A stretch of DNA of 64,000 nt, from NCBI GenBank assembly GCA_038321985.1, contig JBBQFN010000007.1:128001-192000 (forward strand), read 5' to 3'. Of this stretch, positions 41,793 through 52,030 are shown in pieces. The position numbers were made by a program, and so were the translations under genes. The notes below the pieces were generated by a model. That model did no database searches, was not told the DNA's origin, and saw only the letters and a program-made list of their open reading frames with translations. The stretch's first letter is position 1, and the number at the start of each line of letters is the position of its first letter. Origin of the DNA: Cyanophyceae cyanobacterium. Its GTDB lineage: Bacteria; Cyanobacteriota; Cyanobacteriia; Cyanobacteriales; Laspinemataceae.

Positions 41793-44714
41793 TTAACTGG
41801 CTCCCCGGGTCACAGAGGGTATGGCATCGATCGCCGGATCCCCTGGGCGCACTTTAGCCCCTTGGCGGATGGGGATTACAATCTGAAACTCCGTCCCCTG
41901 ACCCAGTTCTGATATACAAGAGATCGACCCGCCATGACGTTCAACCACAATTTGATAACTGATAGACAATCCCAAACCTGTTCCTTTGCCTTCAGGTTTA
42001 GTCGTAAAAAAGGCTTCAAATAGCTGCTGTTTTACCTCAGGTGTCATACCGGGTCCATTATCAGCAATTCGGATGGCGATCGCCTCGTCCCGCAGCACTT
42101 CAGTGCGAATCCAAATCGTCGGCAACGGCAATTGATACACCGGGAGAGGAGATTGAGAAAAATCCAGGTCCGCTAAGGACATCTGTCCGGTTCCACTCCC
42201 GGTTCTCTTCCCCGTGCGATCGCCTTTGAAGGGGTAATTTCCACTCCCATCGGCACAAGTGCTAGTTTTCCAATTCCCCGTCATCTCTTCTAAGGCATCG
42301 ATCGCATTTCCCATCGCATTCATAAATACTTGATTAAGTTGACTGGGGTAACATTCAACCGGGGGAAGATCCCCAAACTGTTCAATCGTGGCGATCGCCC
42401 CGCAATAGGGGTTTGCTTTAAGGCGGTGATGTAAAATTAACAGGGTACTTTTCAACCCTTCATGAATGTCTGTTACTTTCATCTCACCTGTATCCGCACG
42501 GGAGAAGTTTCGCAGCGATCTTGCTAGTTCCCCAATCCGTTCTGCGCCCACTTGCATCGAAGAAATCATTTGAGGCAAATCTTCCAGCAGGTAGTCGAGT
42601 TCGATTTCCTCCCGGTAGGCAAGAATCTCATCCGCTGGTTCACTATAATATTTTTCATACAAGTCCAACAGTTGCATCAACTCTTGCAGATACTTAGTCG
42701 CATAAGAGAGATTCCCATAGATAAAATTAACCGGATTATTAATTTCATGAGCAACCCCGGCAACTAAAGACCCCAAACTCGATATTTTTTCCGTTTGAAT
42801 CAGTTTAGCCTGGGTCTGTTTTAACTCGTGGAGAGCGACTTTCAGCTTTTCCGCTTGGGCGTTAGCGGCGGTGGCTGTAATACAACTTTGGTCGTAGAGT
42901 TTCGCCTGGTCGATCGCGATCGCAATCTGCATAGCAACATCTTGTAGCAACTCTACCTCACTTTCGCTCCAGGGATGACTGGAACTCCCATGTATACAGG
43001 CCAAGGCACCTTTTTGTCCAGAATGAGTTTGCACCGCCACGGCTAGCAAAGAGTGGATTGATCTGGCTTGTAATAGTTCGCGACTGGCGGGGTCGAGTTT
43101 CTTGTCAGCCAGAGCATCATCGAGTTGCAGGGAATTAAGCCGTTGGAGGGCCATCCCTAGAAAGGGGATTTCTGCCAGAGGATTGTCTATACAATCGAGC
43201 GACTGTTCCGGGTCTCGTGATTCTTGGCTCAGTTCGTAATCGCCCTGATTTGAGTTATCATTGTACCACAAAAACTGACAGAGATCAATAGCTAAGAGCG
43301 TGCGAATTTCAGTGACTGCGGTTTTTAGAATGGTATCAATATTTAACGAATTATGAATTTGACTAGAGAGGCGACGCTTGAGGAGTTCCACCCGCGATCG
43401 CAGTTCTCGAAAACGTGTTTCTGATGCCACCAGTTCTTGCTGGGTTCGTTCTAGTCGTTCGTTGGTCGCCTTTACCTCCGCCATTGCCATCTCCAACTGA
43501 CGGGATTTTTCCTCCATTTGGCAACTATATTCTATCGATTGAGAGACCTCCGCAAGCATTTCGATCGCCACAGCAGAGACACTTCCACTCACCGTTTCTA
43601 TCCCCAACCACGGCAGAGGAGCGATCGCATCAGGCGTTTCCCAAACAATTTTAAACTGTCCATTCGGTAAAACTTCTCCGATTCGACAGGTTTTACAAAT
43701 ATGATTGTTCGCCTCAATCCGCACTAAACCTCCTGGGGAGGTAAAGGTTTGATTGTACGCCGCTTCTCGCACCCGTTCCACCTCAAACGTTCCTGCTTTT
43801 TCTACCGATTGTTTCCACAGATAAACTTGTGTATAAGCCGCTTCAATAGGGTCACTGGTCACCCGATCTTTTCCATACCGAGCTTGAAAATTTCGCACAA
43901 ATTCCTGATTTTGGGGAGTATCAATGCTTTGAAAATAACTCCAGGTTGCATAGTGTCCGTTAGCCGCTTCCCCAATCCGCCGCACTTCATCTTCCGCCAC
44001 ACTAACAGCGAGAATGGGAAGCTCGGCTGCCGTCCCTCCTAACTCCCGATATTGATGATAAAAGGCGATATTGCTATCTCCATTTAAAGTATTAAAGACT
44101 AAATCCGGTTGAGTCGCTTGAATCCGAGGAATAATCTCCCTAAAGTCTTGTTCCCCCAGCAGAATGTATTCTTCTCCAACAACTTCTCCCCCTTGCTGTT
44201 TCAAATGCGCTCGAATAATTTTATTAATTGTCCGAGGGAATACATAGTTAGAGCCTAGTAAATAGATACGCTTACCTTTATTGGCGATCGCCCAATTCAG
44301 GGCCGGTTCTACTTGCTGATTCGGACAAATACCCGTGTAAAAAATGTGGGGAGAATATTCAAGTCCTTCATATTCCACGGGATACCAGAGTTGAGCATTC
44401 AACTCCTCTAAAACTGGCAAAACTGCTTTCCGACTGGCAGAAGTCCAACCCCCGAAAATTGTCACTACTTGGTCTTGTTCGATGAGTTGCCGAGCTTTTC
44501 GGGCAAATTGTGCGGGTAAAGAGGCTCCATCTTCGATAATGGGTTCTATGGGTTTTCCGAGTACGCCTCCAGCAGCATTAATTTCGGCGATCGCCATCAA
44601 TTCCGCATCTTTTAGGGACGCTTCTCCGATTGCCATCGTTCCACTCAGGGAGTGTAAGATTCCAACTTTGACACTCGCCTCGCATCCGGTCCCTGTCTTG
44701 CTCATTTTACTCAT
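41793..44714 (-). CDS. Soluble histidine kinase with an N-terminal UrtA/AmiC (urea/amide-binding) domain and a GAF domain
   Basis: VKVGILHSLSGTMAI.E, EDGAS, FGGWTSASRKAVLP, WYPVEYEG.E.S..IFYTG..PNQQ (UrtA signature); no signal peptide or TM; then coiled coil, GAF, AHEINNP kinase; ATG at 44714. Confidence 0.9.
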   Translation of the reverse strand: MSKMSKTGTGCEASVKVGILHSLSGTMAIGEASLKDAELMAIAEINAAGGVLGKPIEPIIEDGASLPAQFARKARQLIEQDQVVTIFGGWTSASRKAVLPVLEELNAQLWYPVEYEGLEYSPHIFYTGICPNQQVEPALNWAIANKGKRIYLLGSNYVFPRTINKIIRAHLKQQGGEVVGEEYILLGEQDFREIIPRIQATQPDLVFNTLNGDSNIAFYHQYRELGGTAAELPILAVSVAEDEVRRIGEAANGHYATWSYFQSIDTPQNQEFVRNFQARYGKDRVTSDPIEAAYTQVYLWKQSVEKAGTFEVERVREAAYNQTFTSPGGLVRIEANNHICKTCRIGEVLPNGQFKIVWETPDAIAPLPWLGIETVSGSVSAVAIEMLAEVSQSIEYSCQMEEKSRQLEMAMAEVKATNERLERTQQELVASETRFRELRSRVELLKRRLSSQIHNSLNIDTILKTAVTEIRTLLAIDLCQFLWYNDNSNQGDYELSQESRDPEQSLDCIDNPLAEIPFLGMALQRLNSLQLDDALADKKLDPASRELLQARSIHSLLAVAVQTHSGQKGALACIHGSSSHPWSESEVELLQDVAMQIAIAIDQAKLYDQSCITATAANAQAEKLKVALHELKQTQAKLIQTEKISSLGSLVAGVAHEINNPVNFIYGNLSYATKYLQELMQLLDLYEKYYSEPADEILAYREEIELDYLLEDLPQMISSMQVGAERIGELARSLRNFSRADTGEMKVTDIHEGLKSTLLILHHRLKANPYCGAIATIEQFGDLPPVECYPSQLNQVFMNAMGNAIDALEEMTGNWKTSTCADGSGNYPFKGDRTGKRTGSGTGQMSLADLDFSQSPLPVYQLPLPTIWIRTEVLRDEAIAIRIADNGPGMTPEVKQQLFEAFFTTKPEGKGTGLGLSISYQIVVERHGGSISCISELGQGTEFQIVIPIRQGAKVRPGDPAIDAIPSVTRGAS

Positions 44715-45236
44715 GGCTGACTCTTCTAACACTTGGATTTTTTGAATGATTCTGCTGCTGATTTTTCCAGTTTTGGCTGATTTTTCGGGCGCTCCCTTGC
44801 CCAAAAATTAGCTTAGTTTACTAACAAAAATTTTTAATTTTACTTAAAAGCTGCTCATTAATTTCATTAAATATCTTCAAAGTTTTAGAAAAAAATGCTA
44901 TTTAATTTTTTAAACCCTGGTTTTTAAAATTTTATAAATTAGTTCAAAAATATTTACTAAGCCATCATAAATGTAGGCACTAATTTAATTAATTTAAGTT
45001 ATTGTAAATCAACCTAAATTGTCACTTATAAAGAAGGGAAATTCCTAAAGCATCCTTCTAACCGACCCGCAGAATGAAAAGTTTTATCCTCTTTACTTGT
45101 TTTACCGAGTCTTCCCGGTTTATAATTCAGATTTGGGAGATGCACCCACTTCCGGTCTCGTTTTTTTGAAACCTTTCTCGATCCCGATAATTTTTCTGAT
45201 GTTTAACAAGTTTTGAGGTTTTGGGGACCGGAAACC

Positions 45237-45250
45237 GTAACTATTTATAC
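45237..45250. promoter_or_regulatory. NtcA-type box upstream of the UrtA-domain kinase
   Basis: GTA-ACTATTTA-TAC(A), about 520 nt upstream of the ATG at 44714; only a weak -10 (AAAACT) lies 22 nt downstream on the minus strand. Confidence 0.45.
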
Positions 45251-45502
45251 ATTTCATCAAAACTTTGAAAAGCTCGGGGCAGAAAACTAACCGAAAAGGG
45301 GTACTCAACAGGAAATTTTCTCCTTATTATACCCAATCTAGTTTTCAAAAGTCTGTTGGTTTTCCACGTCAGCGTAGGCAGGCTTCTTTCACGTAGTCGC
45401 ACCCTGGAGGGGTATCGGTTTTTGCAGCCCGATGAGGACCGAACTCTGTTTCCTGAAATCATCCCATCCTAGTCTTCCCTACCTTTTCCCCGGGTAAAGA
45501 GC

Positions 45503-47482
45503 CTAAAGCAGGTCCATTTCTGCCACTTCTTCCTCTAAAGGCAGGTCGTCTACAATTGGGATGCAAATTCCCTCTTTTTTTCTGCCTCCGAGTAGATACA
45601 CCAGCATTTCCCCCTTGCCTTTAATGGGGATAGGGCCTCGGCACTCGAAACAATAGCCCGACTCTAGGATAGAGTAAGTTGTACTAGAGACCTGAATCCG
45701 ACCCGGAACGCCGTGAGATTCCATGCGAGAAGCGATATTTACCGTATCCCCCCACAGATCATAGATAAACTTGTGAGTTCCTATCACCCCAGCGATCGCG
45801 GGTCCCGTATGAATGCCAATTCGCATTAAAAAAGGTTCCTGACATTTGCGATTAAAATGAAGAATCTCCGATTGCATATCCAGAGCCATTTCTGCCATCG
45901 CCTCCGCATGATTGCGAGAATGGACGGGCAATCCCCCCACCACCATATAAGCATCCCCAATGGTTTTAATTTTCTCCAACCCATGTTTTTCGGCGAGTCG
46001 GTCAAATATCGTAAACACTTGATTAAGAAGTTGCACCAATTCCGTTGGCGAAATCCGTGCGGCTAACTTAGTAAAGCCCACAATATCGGCAAATAATACC
46101 GTCACTTCTGGAAAACTCTCAGCAATCGTTTGGGTATCTTCCTTCAGACGCTCGGCGATCGCTTTGGGCAAAACGTTTAGCAACAGACGCTCAGACTTCG
46201 CCTGTTCCACCTCCAATTGCTTAAACGCTTGTTGCAACTGTTCCGATTGTTCCGCACGTGCTAATGCTAGGGCTTCAATTTCCGCTGTGCGGGAGACGGA
46301 AGTCAGCAGATAAGTAACGGGAATGTGCGTCCACAAAAAGCCGATAATCAGCACTGCCCAAGATCGCCAATGTTTTCGAGATGCCTGATATTCCTCCGTC
46401 GGCCAAATATAGAACGCCCAAATCCGTTCATTTACCTTAATCTCTCGCCTGAGGGCACTTTCGTTCTCCATTCCAACCACGCTATGAGCACGAGTGCGTT
46501 GATTCGCGATCGCCTTAAAGGGACATTGCGATGGCACATCTCCGGCAAAAGGTTCGGGGGTACTCAGCGAGGCGATCAGTTCGGTGGATTCTAATAAAGT
46601 CAGCAAGGGATACGGTTGACCCGAATTCCCGCTCATCCCTGTTCCTGGGGTTTCGTCGCACAGGTACAAATTAAACTGGCGGTCTTTTGCTCCAGCGAGT
46701 TGAAATAGATTGACCACCTCCACCCACCCCACGACAAATCCGCGTAAGGGTAGGGCGTCATCCGAACGGATATCGGAGTCGGGAGGGAGAATTGAGCCAG
46801 TTGGGATGGTATTTTCATAGATAGGCTGAACCGCTAAAAATCCCTGTGACGCTCCCGCACCGACGACTTGCCAATCGAGGAGATCGGTAATTAGCATTTT
46901 CCCCATCTGTGCTGCTTGTTTCAGTGCAGCTTGGTAAGTCGGATTCGCCGCCAAATCCCAGCCCGAGGTATTGGGGTTTTCCAGAAGCGGGGCAATATAG
47001 GAGATTGGAAAGTATTCGGGGAAGCGATCGCGCCGGATTACCCCACCCGGTGCGATCGATTGTGCGATCATAAAGTTCCCCTCTCCTGACCCTGCCATCT
47101 GCGCCTCATAAGTCTCGCGATCGCTATCCTCAACCCGCTCCACCCAGGCAATCACAGAGACGGTAGAAGGGTTCGACAGGGGACGGCGCACAAACTGCTC
47201 AAATGAAGCCCGATCAACCTCCTTCGAGGCTTTGAAGAAGTCCGTAATCGTGCGAATAATTTCCAAGTCGGCGTCGATTTGCTGCTGCAATCGAGCCGCT
47301 AAAACATCCATGCCCCGATTTAATTCATAGTCCCGTCGCCGATTTTCCCACTCCCATACTCCGGCGAATCCCACCACAGACAGTCCTACTCCCATCCCAA
47401 AGATGATGGCAGCAGGAAGATAGCGACTCCACGGTATTCTCGGGTTGTTTGGCATAGTTGCTTGTTGATGTTTGGCGTCCAC
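45503..47482 (-). CDS. CHASE-domain class III adenylate cyclase
   Basis: TM-CHASE (YFPISYIAP, GWDL)-TM; catalytic VTVLFADIVGFT, KIKTIGDAYM, KFIYDLWGDTVNIASRMES (ATP-specifying K and D); the start may be the ATG at 47455. Confidence 0.93.
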   Translation of the reverse strand: MDAKHQQATMPNNPRIPWSRYLPAAIIFGMGVGLSVVGFAGVWEWENRRRDYELNRGMDVLAARLQQQIDADLEIIRTITDFFKASKEVDRASFEQFVRRPLSNPSTVSVIAWVERVEDSDRETYEAQMAGSGEGNFMIAQSIAPGGVIRRDRFPEYFPISYIAPLLENPNTSGWDLAANPTYQAALKQAAQMGKMLITDLLDWQVVGAGASQGFLAVQPIYENTIPTGSILPPDSDIRSDDALPLRGFVVGWVEVVNLFQLAGAKDRQFNLYLCDETPGTGMSGNSGQPYPLLTLLESTELIASLSTPEPFAGDVPSQCPFKAIANQRTRAHSVVGMENESALRREIKVNERIWAFYIWPTEEYQASRKHWRSWAVLIIGFLWTHIPVTYLLTSVSRTAEIEALALARAEQSEQLQQAFKQLEVEQAKSERLLLNVLPKAIAERLKEDTQTIAESFPEVTVLFADIVGFTKLAARISPTELVQLLNQVFTIFDRLAEKHGLEKIKTIGDAYMVVGGLPVHSRNHAEAMAEMALDMQSEILHFNRKCQEPFLMRIGIHTGPAIAGVIGTHKFIYDLWGDTVNIASRMESHGVPGRIQVSSTTYSILESGYCFECRGPIPIKGKGEMLVYLLGGRKKEGICIPIVDDLPLEEEVAEMDLL

Positions 47483-48468
47483 TTAATCTAATCTCGAAGC
47501 GCGAGAGTATCGATTTTATTAAGAGTTTTAATGGAGAACTTTCATCCCCCCGCTTACTTAAAATCTCCTGCTTTTTACAGACCTTGTAGAGGTTGGGTTT
47601 TCCCTCTCCACTTGGGGTACTTTGCAGCGGACCTGATCCCCTGATAGGCTAGTCAGCTGAGCGATCGCTCTAGGGGGCCAATGGATTCACGGATCTCCTG
47701 AATCCGGCGATCGGCCCTGATGAAACTCCCTTAATTCCAAAACCTCGGTTCAGTTTGGCTCCTTTGTTGATGCTTCCCCTAATTTTCCCGTTCCTCGGCT
47801 TTAGACCCTGCTGACTTGCTTACCCTGACTTTTTCCTCATTCAAACAGTTCTTTAAGTCCCAGGAGAGGGATGCCATTTCACAGCGGTTGCCCTCGCCTC
47901 TTGGCTTTGATCAAATAAATTTAAAAGGACCCGTGCTAGCGAATCGCTTACACCCTAGCATATCCCGTAGATAGACTCTTCAATCCTTTAAAAAAGTTAA
48001 CTAGCAGCTTACTCCCGGGCCGAAAATTTATCCCAAAAACCCTGATTTTAAACTTCAATCCTGGCTTTAACCCCAGATGCCTGTTCAGAAATAACCCGCT
48101 GCTAAAACATGAGATTTTCTTCCCTCTAGTCCTTAAAAGTTAGGTTGTTGATCTTCTCCTGTCCCTCGCCCTTTTATGGATTATATAGAGCAAGTCTACA
48201 TCATTTAGACCCTTTATTTAGGCCGACTCTATAGGGTTTCTTGGACTCTTCTCTTACAGATAGCTATCAGCTATGAGAAGTTATACTCCATGGCATTTCT
48301 ATAGGTGGGAAAAACCCACAGCCTAAAGGCTGCCAGCTCATAGGAGACAACTGTGCCTGGGTTTCTCTTAATAGAAAACCGACTTTTAAATACCGGATTT
48401 GGTATTAAGAGTGCGTGGCGATCGCGAAACTGAATCATCTCTTTTTTGGTTAAGCCCAAAAAACCCGG

Positions 48469-50886
48469 TTACGGCACTGAAAAGGGCTGAGGGTTCGGGT
48501 CTTCAATACATCCCCATTCTTCTGTAGTCGTTGGGACCACATTGGGCAGGACCTGGGCGAGTAACAACTTCTCTGGAATCCACCCGAGATTGGTGGGTCT
48601 GACCTCTAAACGAGTGGGCGCTGCTGGTTTTGGATCCTGACTAGAGGCGGGAGAGGCCCCATCAGGGGTAGGAACTGGGGCCGGCACAGAACTCTTGGCT
48701 TCCAAAGGTTTAGGGGTCGAGCAAACTTGGATTTGGACCCAGGCATCGGTATCGTTAACCCCCCGTTGTTTTCCCATCACCAACAAAGCACTACCACCGG
48801 GGATAATTCCCAGTTGGTTTCCAGGTTCAGCTTCCCCTTGCTGCCTCAACAATACCAGTTCCTCATTTTCGGGGGTGCTATCGGTGAAAGAACTCCTCAG
48901 TTGTAGGTACTGGCCCGGTTCTATCGTGGGTTGCTCCGTTAACTCCGGGATGGGAGCGGGGTTGGTCACGGGATCGGTCGGGTTGGGGTCTTCTTCTCCC
49001 GGTAAGGGCAAATTCACTCTAGGACCGGGCCATCCCTCCAGGGTTAGAAGTACCCCTGCGGCTGTGCCTACGGCGACTAGGAAGAGGATTCCCAGTAACA
49101 TCGGAAACATGGAAAGCGATCGCCTAGGAGGGGGAAGTAACTTGGTGGGGGCATCCGGCGGTTTGAGATTTTGGGTATCCTCAGTGGGGAAAGCCGTTGG
49201 ATAGGAATCTTCCAGGGGTTCTGCGGGGGGGACCGATTGGAGTTGGGCCACCAACAGACTGGGGTCAAGTCCGCCAGAGCGAATCAGCTCTACCTTACAG
49301 TAAACCAGCCCCACAGTGACATTATCGTGACCGTTATGGAAATTACCAATATCGATTAACTTAGTCGCCGATCGCAACACGGGAAATTCCCCCGATAAAA
49401 TCGGGAGGATTTCTGTTTCCCAGTATTGCTCCACCCGGTCATTGTCGCTCAACCCATCGGAGCACAACAGAAACGCGCTATCCTCATCGACGATAAAGCG
49501 CTGGACGGTGGGATGAAGCACCGATGAAGCACTCATCCCTAATGCTTGAATTAAAGACCCTGCTGCCCCTTGTTGTAGCGCATCCCGGTAGAGGGAGTAA
49601 CCCAAGCGGACCTCGCGAGAAGCCACATCATCATCGAGGGTGACTTGTCGGCAACCCGTCAAGGTAATCCAATAGGCGCGACTATCCCCAATGTGATTGA
49701 TATAAATTTCATGGCGATGGGTCAGGGCCATCACCAAAGTGGTCCCCATCCGTTGCCGAGCTTGGCGCTGTTCTTCGTCATTGCGGCTGGCAATGCGATC
49801 GTTGGCGATCGCGACGGCCCGTTCAATATGCTCAATGATAATGTGGGGTTCGCTCTGGGTATGCTCTGAAACGACAGATTCCAGTTGTTGTTGTAAGGTT
49901 TCGATCGCCAAATTAGAGGCAACATTACCCCCCTCATGTCCGCCAATGCCATCACAGACAATGGCTAAACCACTGGTGTCGGAAGTTGCATAGACCGTGC
50001 CACTGGGAGGATAACAGGCATCTTCATTACGGCGGCGAGTCGGACCTCGATCGGTACCCGTAGCAATGTGATAAGTGCGCTTGTAAAGCCCTCCACACAA
50101 ACTTAAACCCCGGTCTAACAGCTCGATCAGTTGCGGTGTTGTTTGGACATCTTGGGTCGCTAGCATCTGGCCGAGTTGCTCTAGATAGGGGGCGATCGCC
50201 GGATGGGCATTTTTGACCCAACTCAACCAGAATTGTCCCAATCCCGACAATTCCGACGTTTTAGCATCCCGGGGCAATTCCAGCAGGCGCAGCCAAGACC
50301 CTTCTACTCGTAACAACTCCGGATTGAGTAGGCTCCCGGCTACCCCCTCCTTTTTAAATGGTTGCCACAGTTGAGCCATTTGCCACATCCAATTCAACTG
50401 GCGCATAGGCGAGGCATCGGGCCAGCAGTCAGTCAGCCGAGGCATCAATTGGGCAGGGACGGCCTGGGGGGGTTGACCTTTGCGGACAGACAGGACTGTT
50501 CCTTCTGGGTAAATTGCCGATTCCTCTAACAGCCAAATATCTCGATTCCGGTCGTTTCCCTTCGACGGCAAGCGACCATAAACCTGGGGAACGTGCAATC
50601 GCAGGGGAAACAGTTTGAGATAAGGCACGATCACCGAGGGCACCTCAACTGGCATCTCCGGCAAGACCCCTGGTTTAGTATCGACCAGAATCTTATCCTC
50701 CTTAACCAGATAGCGATCGGCTAAGGTATCCCCCGGTTGATAGGTTTCCCGACCCGTTCCACCCACTGCCCATAAGTAGCGTTTGGGCAGGGGAGTGCCG
50801 CATTTTTGACAAAATTTTTGGGTCTCCGGGTTGGGAGATTGACAGGTGAAGTTGGGACAGTAGATTATGGCCGATGGTTTATTCAT
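48469..50886 (-). CDS. PP2C-family Ser/Thr phosphatase with N-terminal zinc ribbon, TM helix and extracytoplasmic tail
   Basis: CPNFTC..N.....FCQKCG; TDRG..R..NED, VCDGIGGH.GG..AS, MGTT, HIGDSRAY, LLCSDGL, GHDNVT. Confidence 0.92.
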   Translation of the reverse strand: MNKPSAIIYCPNFTCQSPNPETQKFCQKCGTPLPKRYLWAVGGTGRETYQPGDTLADRYLVKEDKILVDTKPGVLPEMPVEVPSVIVPYLKLFPLRLHVPQVYGRLPSKGNDRNRDIWLLEESAIYPEGTVLSVRKGQPPQAVPAQLMPRLTDCWPDASPMRQLNWMWQMAQLWQPFKKEGVAGSLLNPELLRVEGSWLRLLELPRDAKTSELSGLGQFWLSWVKNAHPAIAPYLEQLGQMLATQDVQTTPQLIELLDRGLSLCGGLYKRTYHIATGTDRGPTRRRNEDACYPPSGTVYATSDTSGLAIVCDGIGGHEGGNVASNLAIETLQQQLESVVSEHTQSEPHIIIEHIERAVAIANDRIASRNDEEQRQARQRMGTTLVMALTHRHEIYINHIGDSRAYWITLTGCRQVTLDDDVASREVRLGYSLYRDALQQGAAGSLIQALGMSASSVLHPTVQRFIVDEDSAFLLCSDGLSDNDRVEQYWETEILPILSGEFPVLRSATKLIDIGNFHNGHDNVTVGLVYCKVELIRSGGLDPSLLVAQLQSVPPAEPLEDSYPTAFPTEDTQNLKPPDAPTKLLPPPRRSLSMFPMLLGILFLVAVGTAAGVLLTLEGWPGPRVNLPLPGEEDPNPTDPVTNPAPIPELTEQPTIEPGQYLQLRSSFTDSTPENEELVLLRQQGEAEPGNQLGIIPGGSALLVMGKQRGVNDTDAWVQIQVCSTPKPLEAKSSVPAPVPTPDGASPASSQDPKPAAPTRLEVRPTNLGWIPEKLLLAQVLPNVVPTTTEEWGCIEDPNPQPFSVP

Positions 50887-51534
50887 GGGGATTCCTCGCG
50901 CCGGGAAGCTGTTTTTGATCAGCCGAAGGTCGGCAATATTATCTCCTTACTATGGGCGCAGCATTTGGGGAATATATTAATTACTCAATCCAGGATAGTT
51001 GTATCCTAGTAGGTCACCCCTAGTTCAAGCCAGAGCGCCAAAGGTTAGCACTCCTCCCGACTGCAAGGGGCGGGGGGCAACCCTCCGGACTGAAACCCTG
51101 ACTAGCCCATCACGCCGTTACCGGGTAAAGACTACCGAATAGCCCTCTAGTTTGAATTATCTGCTTTTTCAGCAGGAGTCAGACTCGTCTAGAAGGCGGA
51201 CATCTGGGTAGCGGTGATTGAAAGGGCATATCTGGGTGAGGTGAGAGTTCCATCGGATTATATCCCCAAAAAATACTCTCCACCCGATCGCCCTATAACG
51301 ACAGCGTTTCAGACCCGTTTTTAACAGATGAGCGTCAATGTCCGATTTTAGCTTTTTTCTGACCGTTTAGGGCTGTTTTTCCTCGGCTTGGGTTGGGCAG
51401 GTTGCTGGAGGTCTTCCCTAACTGGCTTGGGCTGTAAGAGAAACCGATTGTTAACCCCAAAAGCCGGGGTTCTCTCGTACCCCTCCCTGGACACTCGACC
51501 TTGCTAACAACTTGAGGATGCATTGAACGGGGGC

Positions 51535-51552
51535 TTTACAGAGCTTTACAAT
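51535..51552 (+). promoter_or_regulatory. HLR1-like (RpaB) direct repeat upstream of ndhM
   Basis: TTTACAGA-GC-TTTACAAT, one mismatch to (G/T)TTACA(T/A)(T/A)-N2-(G/T)TTACA(T/A)(T/A). Confidence 0.5.
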
Positions 51553-51588
51553 TGATTTATTGATTTTAACTACCCTGGCATAATACCT

Positions 51589-51930
51589 ATGATGCTCAAG
51601 TCAACAACCCGTCACATTCGGATTTTTACGGCAGAGGTGCAAGATAATGAATTTGCCCCCAGTCCCGATTTATTAACCCTGGATGTGGATCCGGACAATG
51701 AATTTAACTGGCCTGAACCGACGTTGCAAAAGGTCTATCGCAAATTTGACGAACTGGTTGATTCCTACAGCGGGGAAGATTTAACCGAGTACAATTTGCG
51801 CCGCATCGGTTCGGATCTGGAATATTTCTTGCGATCGCTCCTTCAAGGGGGAGAACTCTCCTATAACCTCAACAGCCGCGTCCAGAACTACAGCATGGGT
51901 GTACCCCAGGTGATCTACGAGGACCAGTAA
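51589..51930 (+). CDS. ndhM: NAD(P)H-quinone oxidoreductase subunit M
   Basis: MLKSTTRHIRIFTAE...LTLDVDPDNEF.W....QKVYRKFDELV...LTEYNLRRIGSDLE...YNL..RV.NYSMG.P. Confidence 0.97.
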   Translation: MMLKSTTRHIRIFTAEVQDNEFAPSPDLLTLDVDPDNEFNWPEPTLQKVYRKFDELVDSYSGEDLTEYNLRRIGSDLEYFLRSLLQGGELSYNLNSRVQNYSMGVPQVIYEDQ

Positions 51931-52030
51931 TCTCGCCTCGGGTTTTTATCGGTTTGAGAACTGATGCACCAGTCCATAGGTTTTTTATAATGAGGCTGAT
52001 TTAATACACCTCTTGCAAAATTCCGGACTG

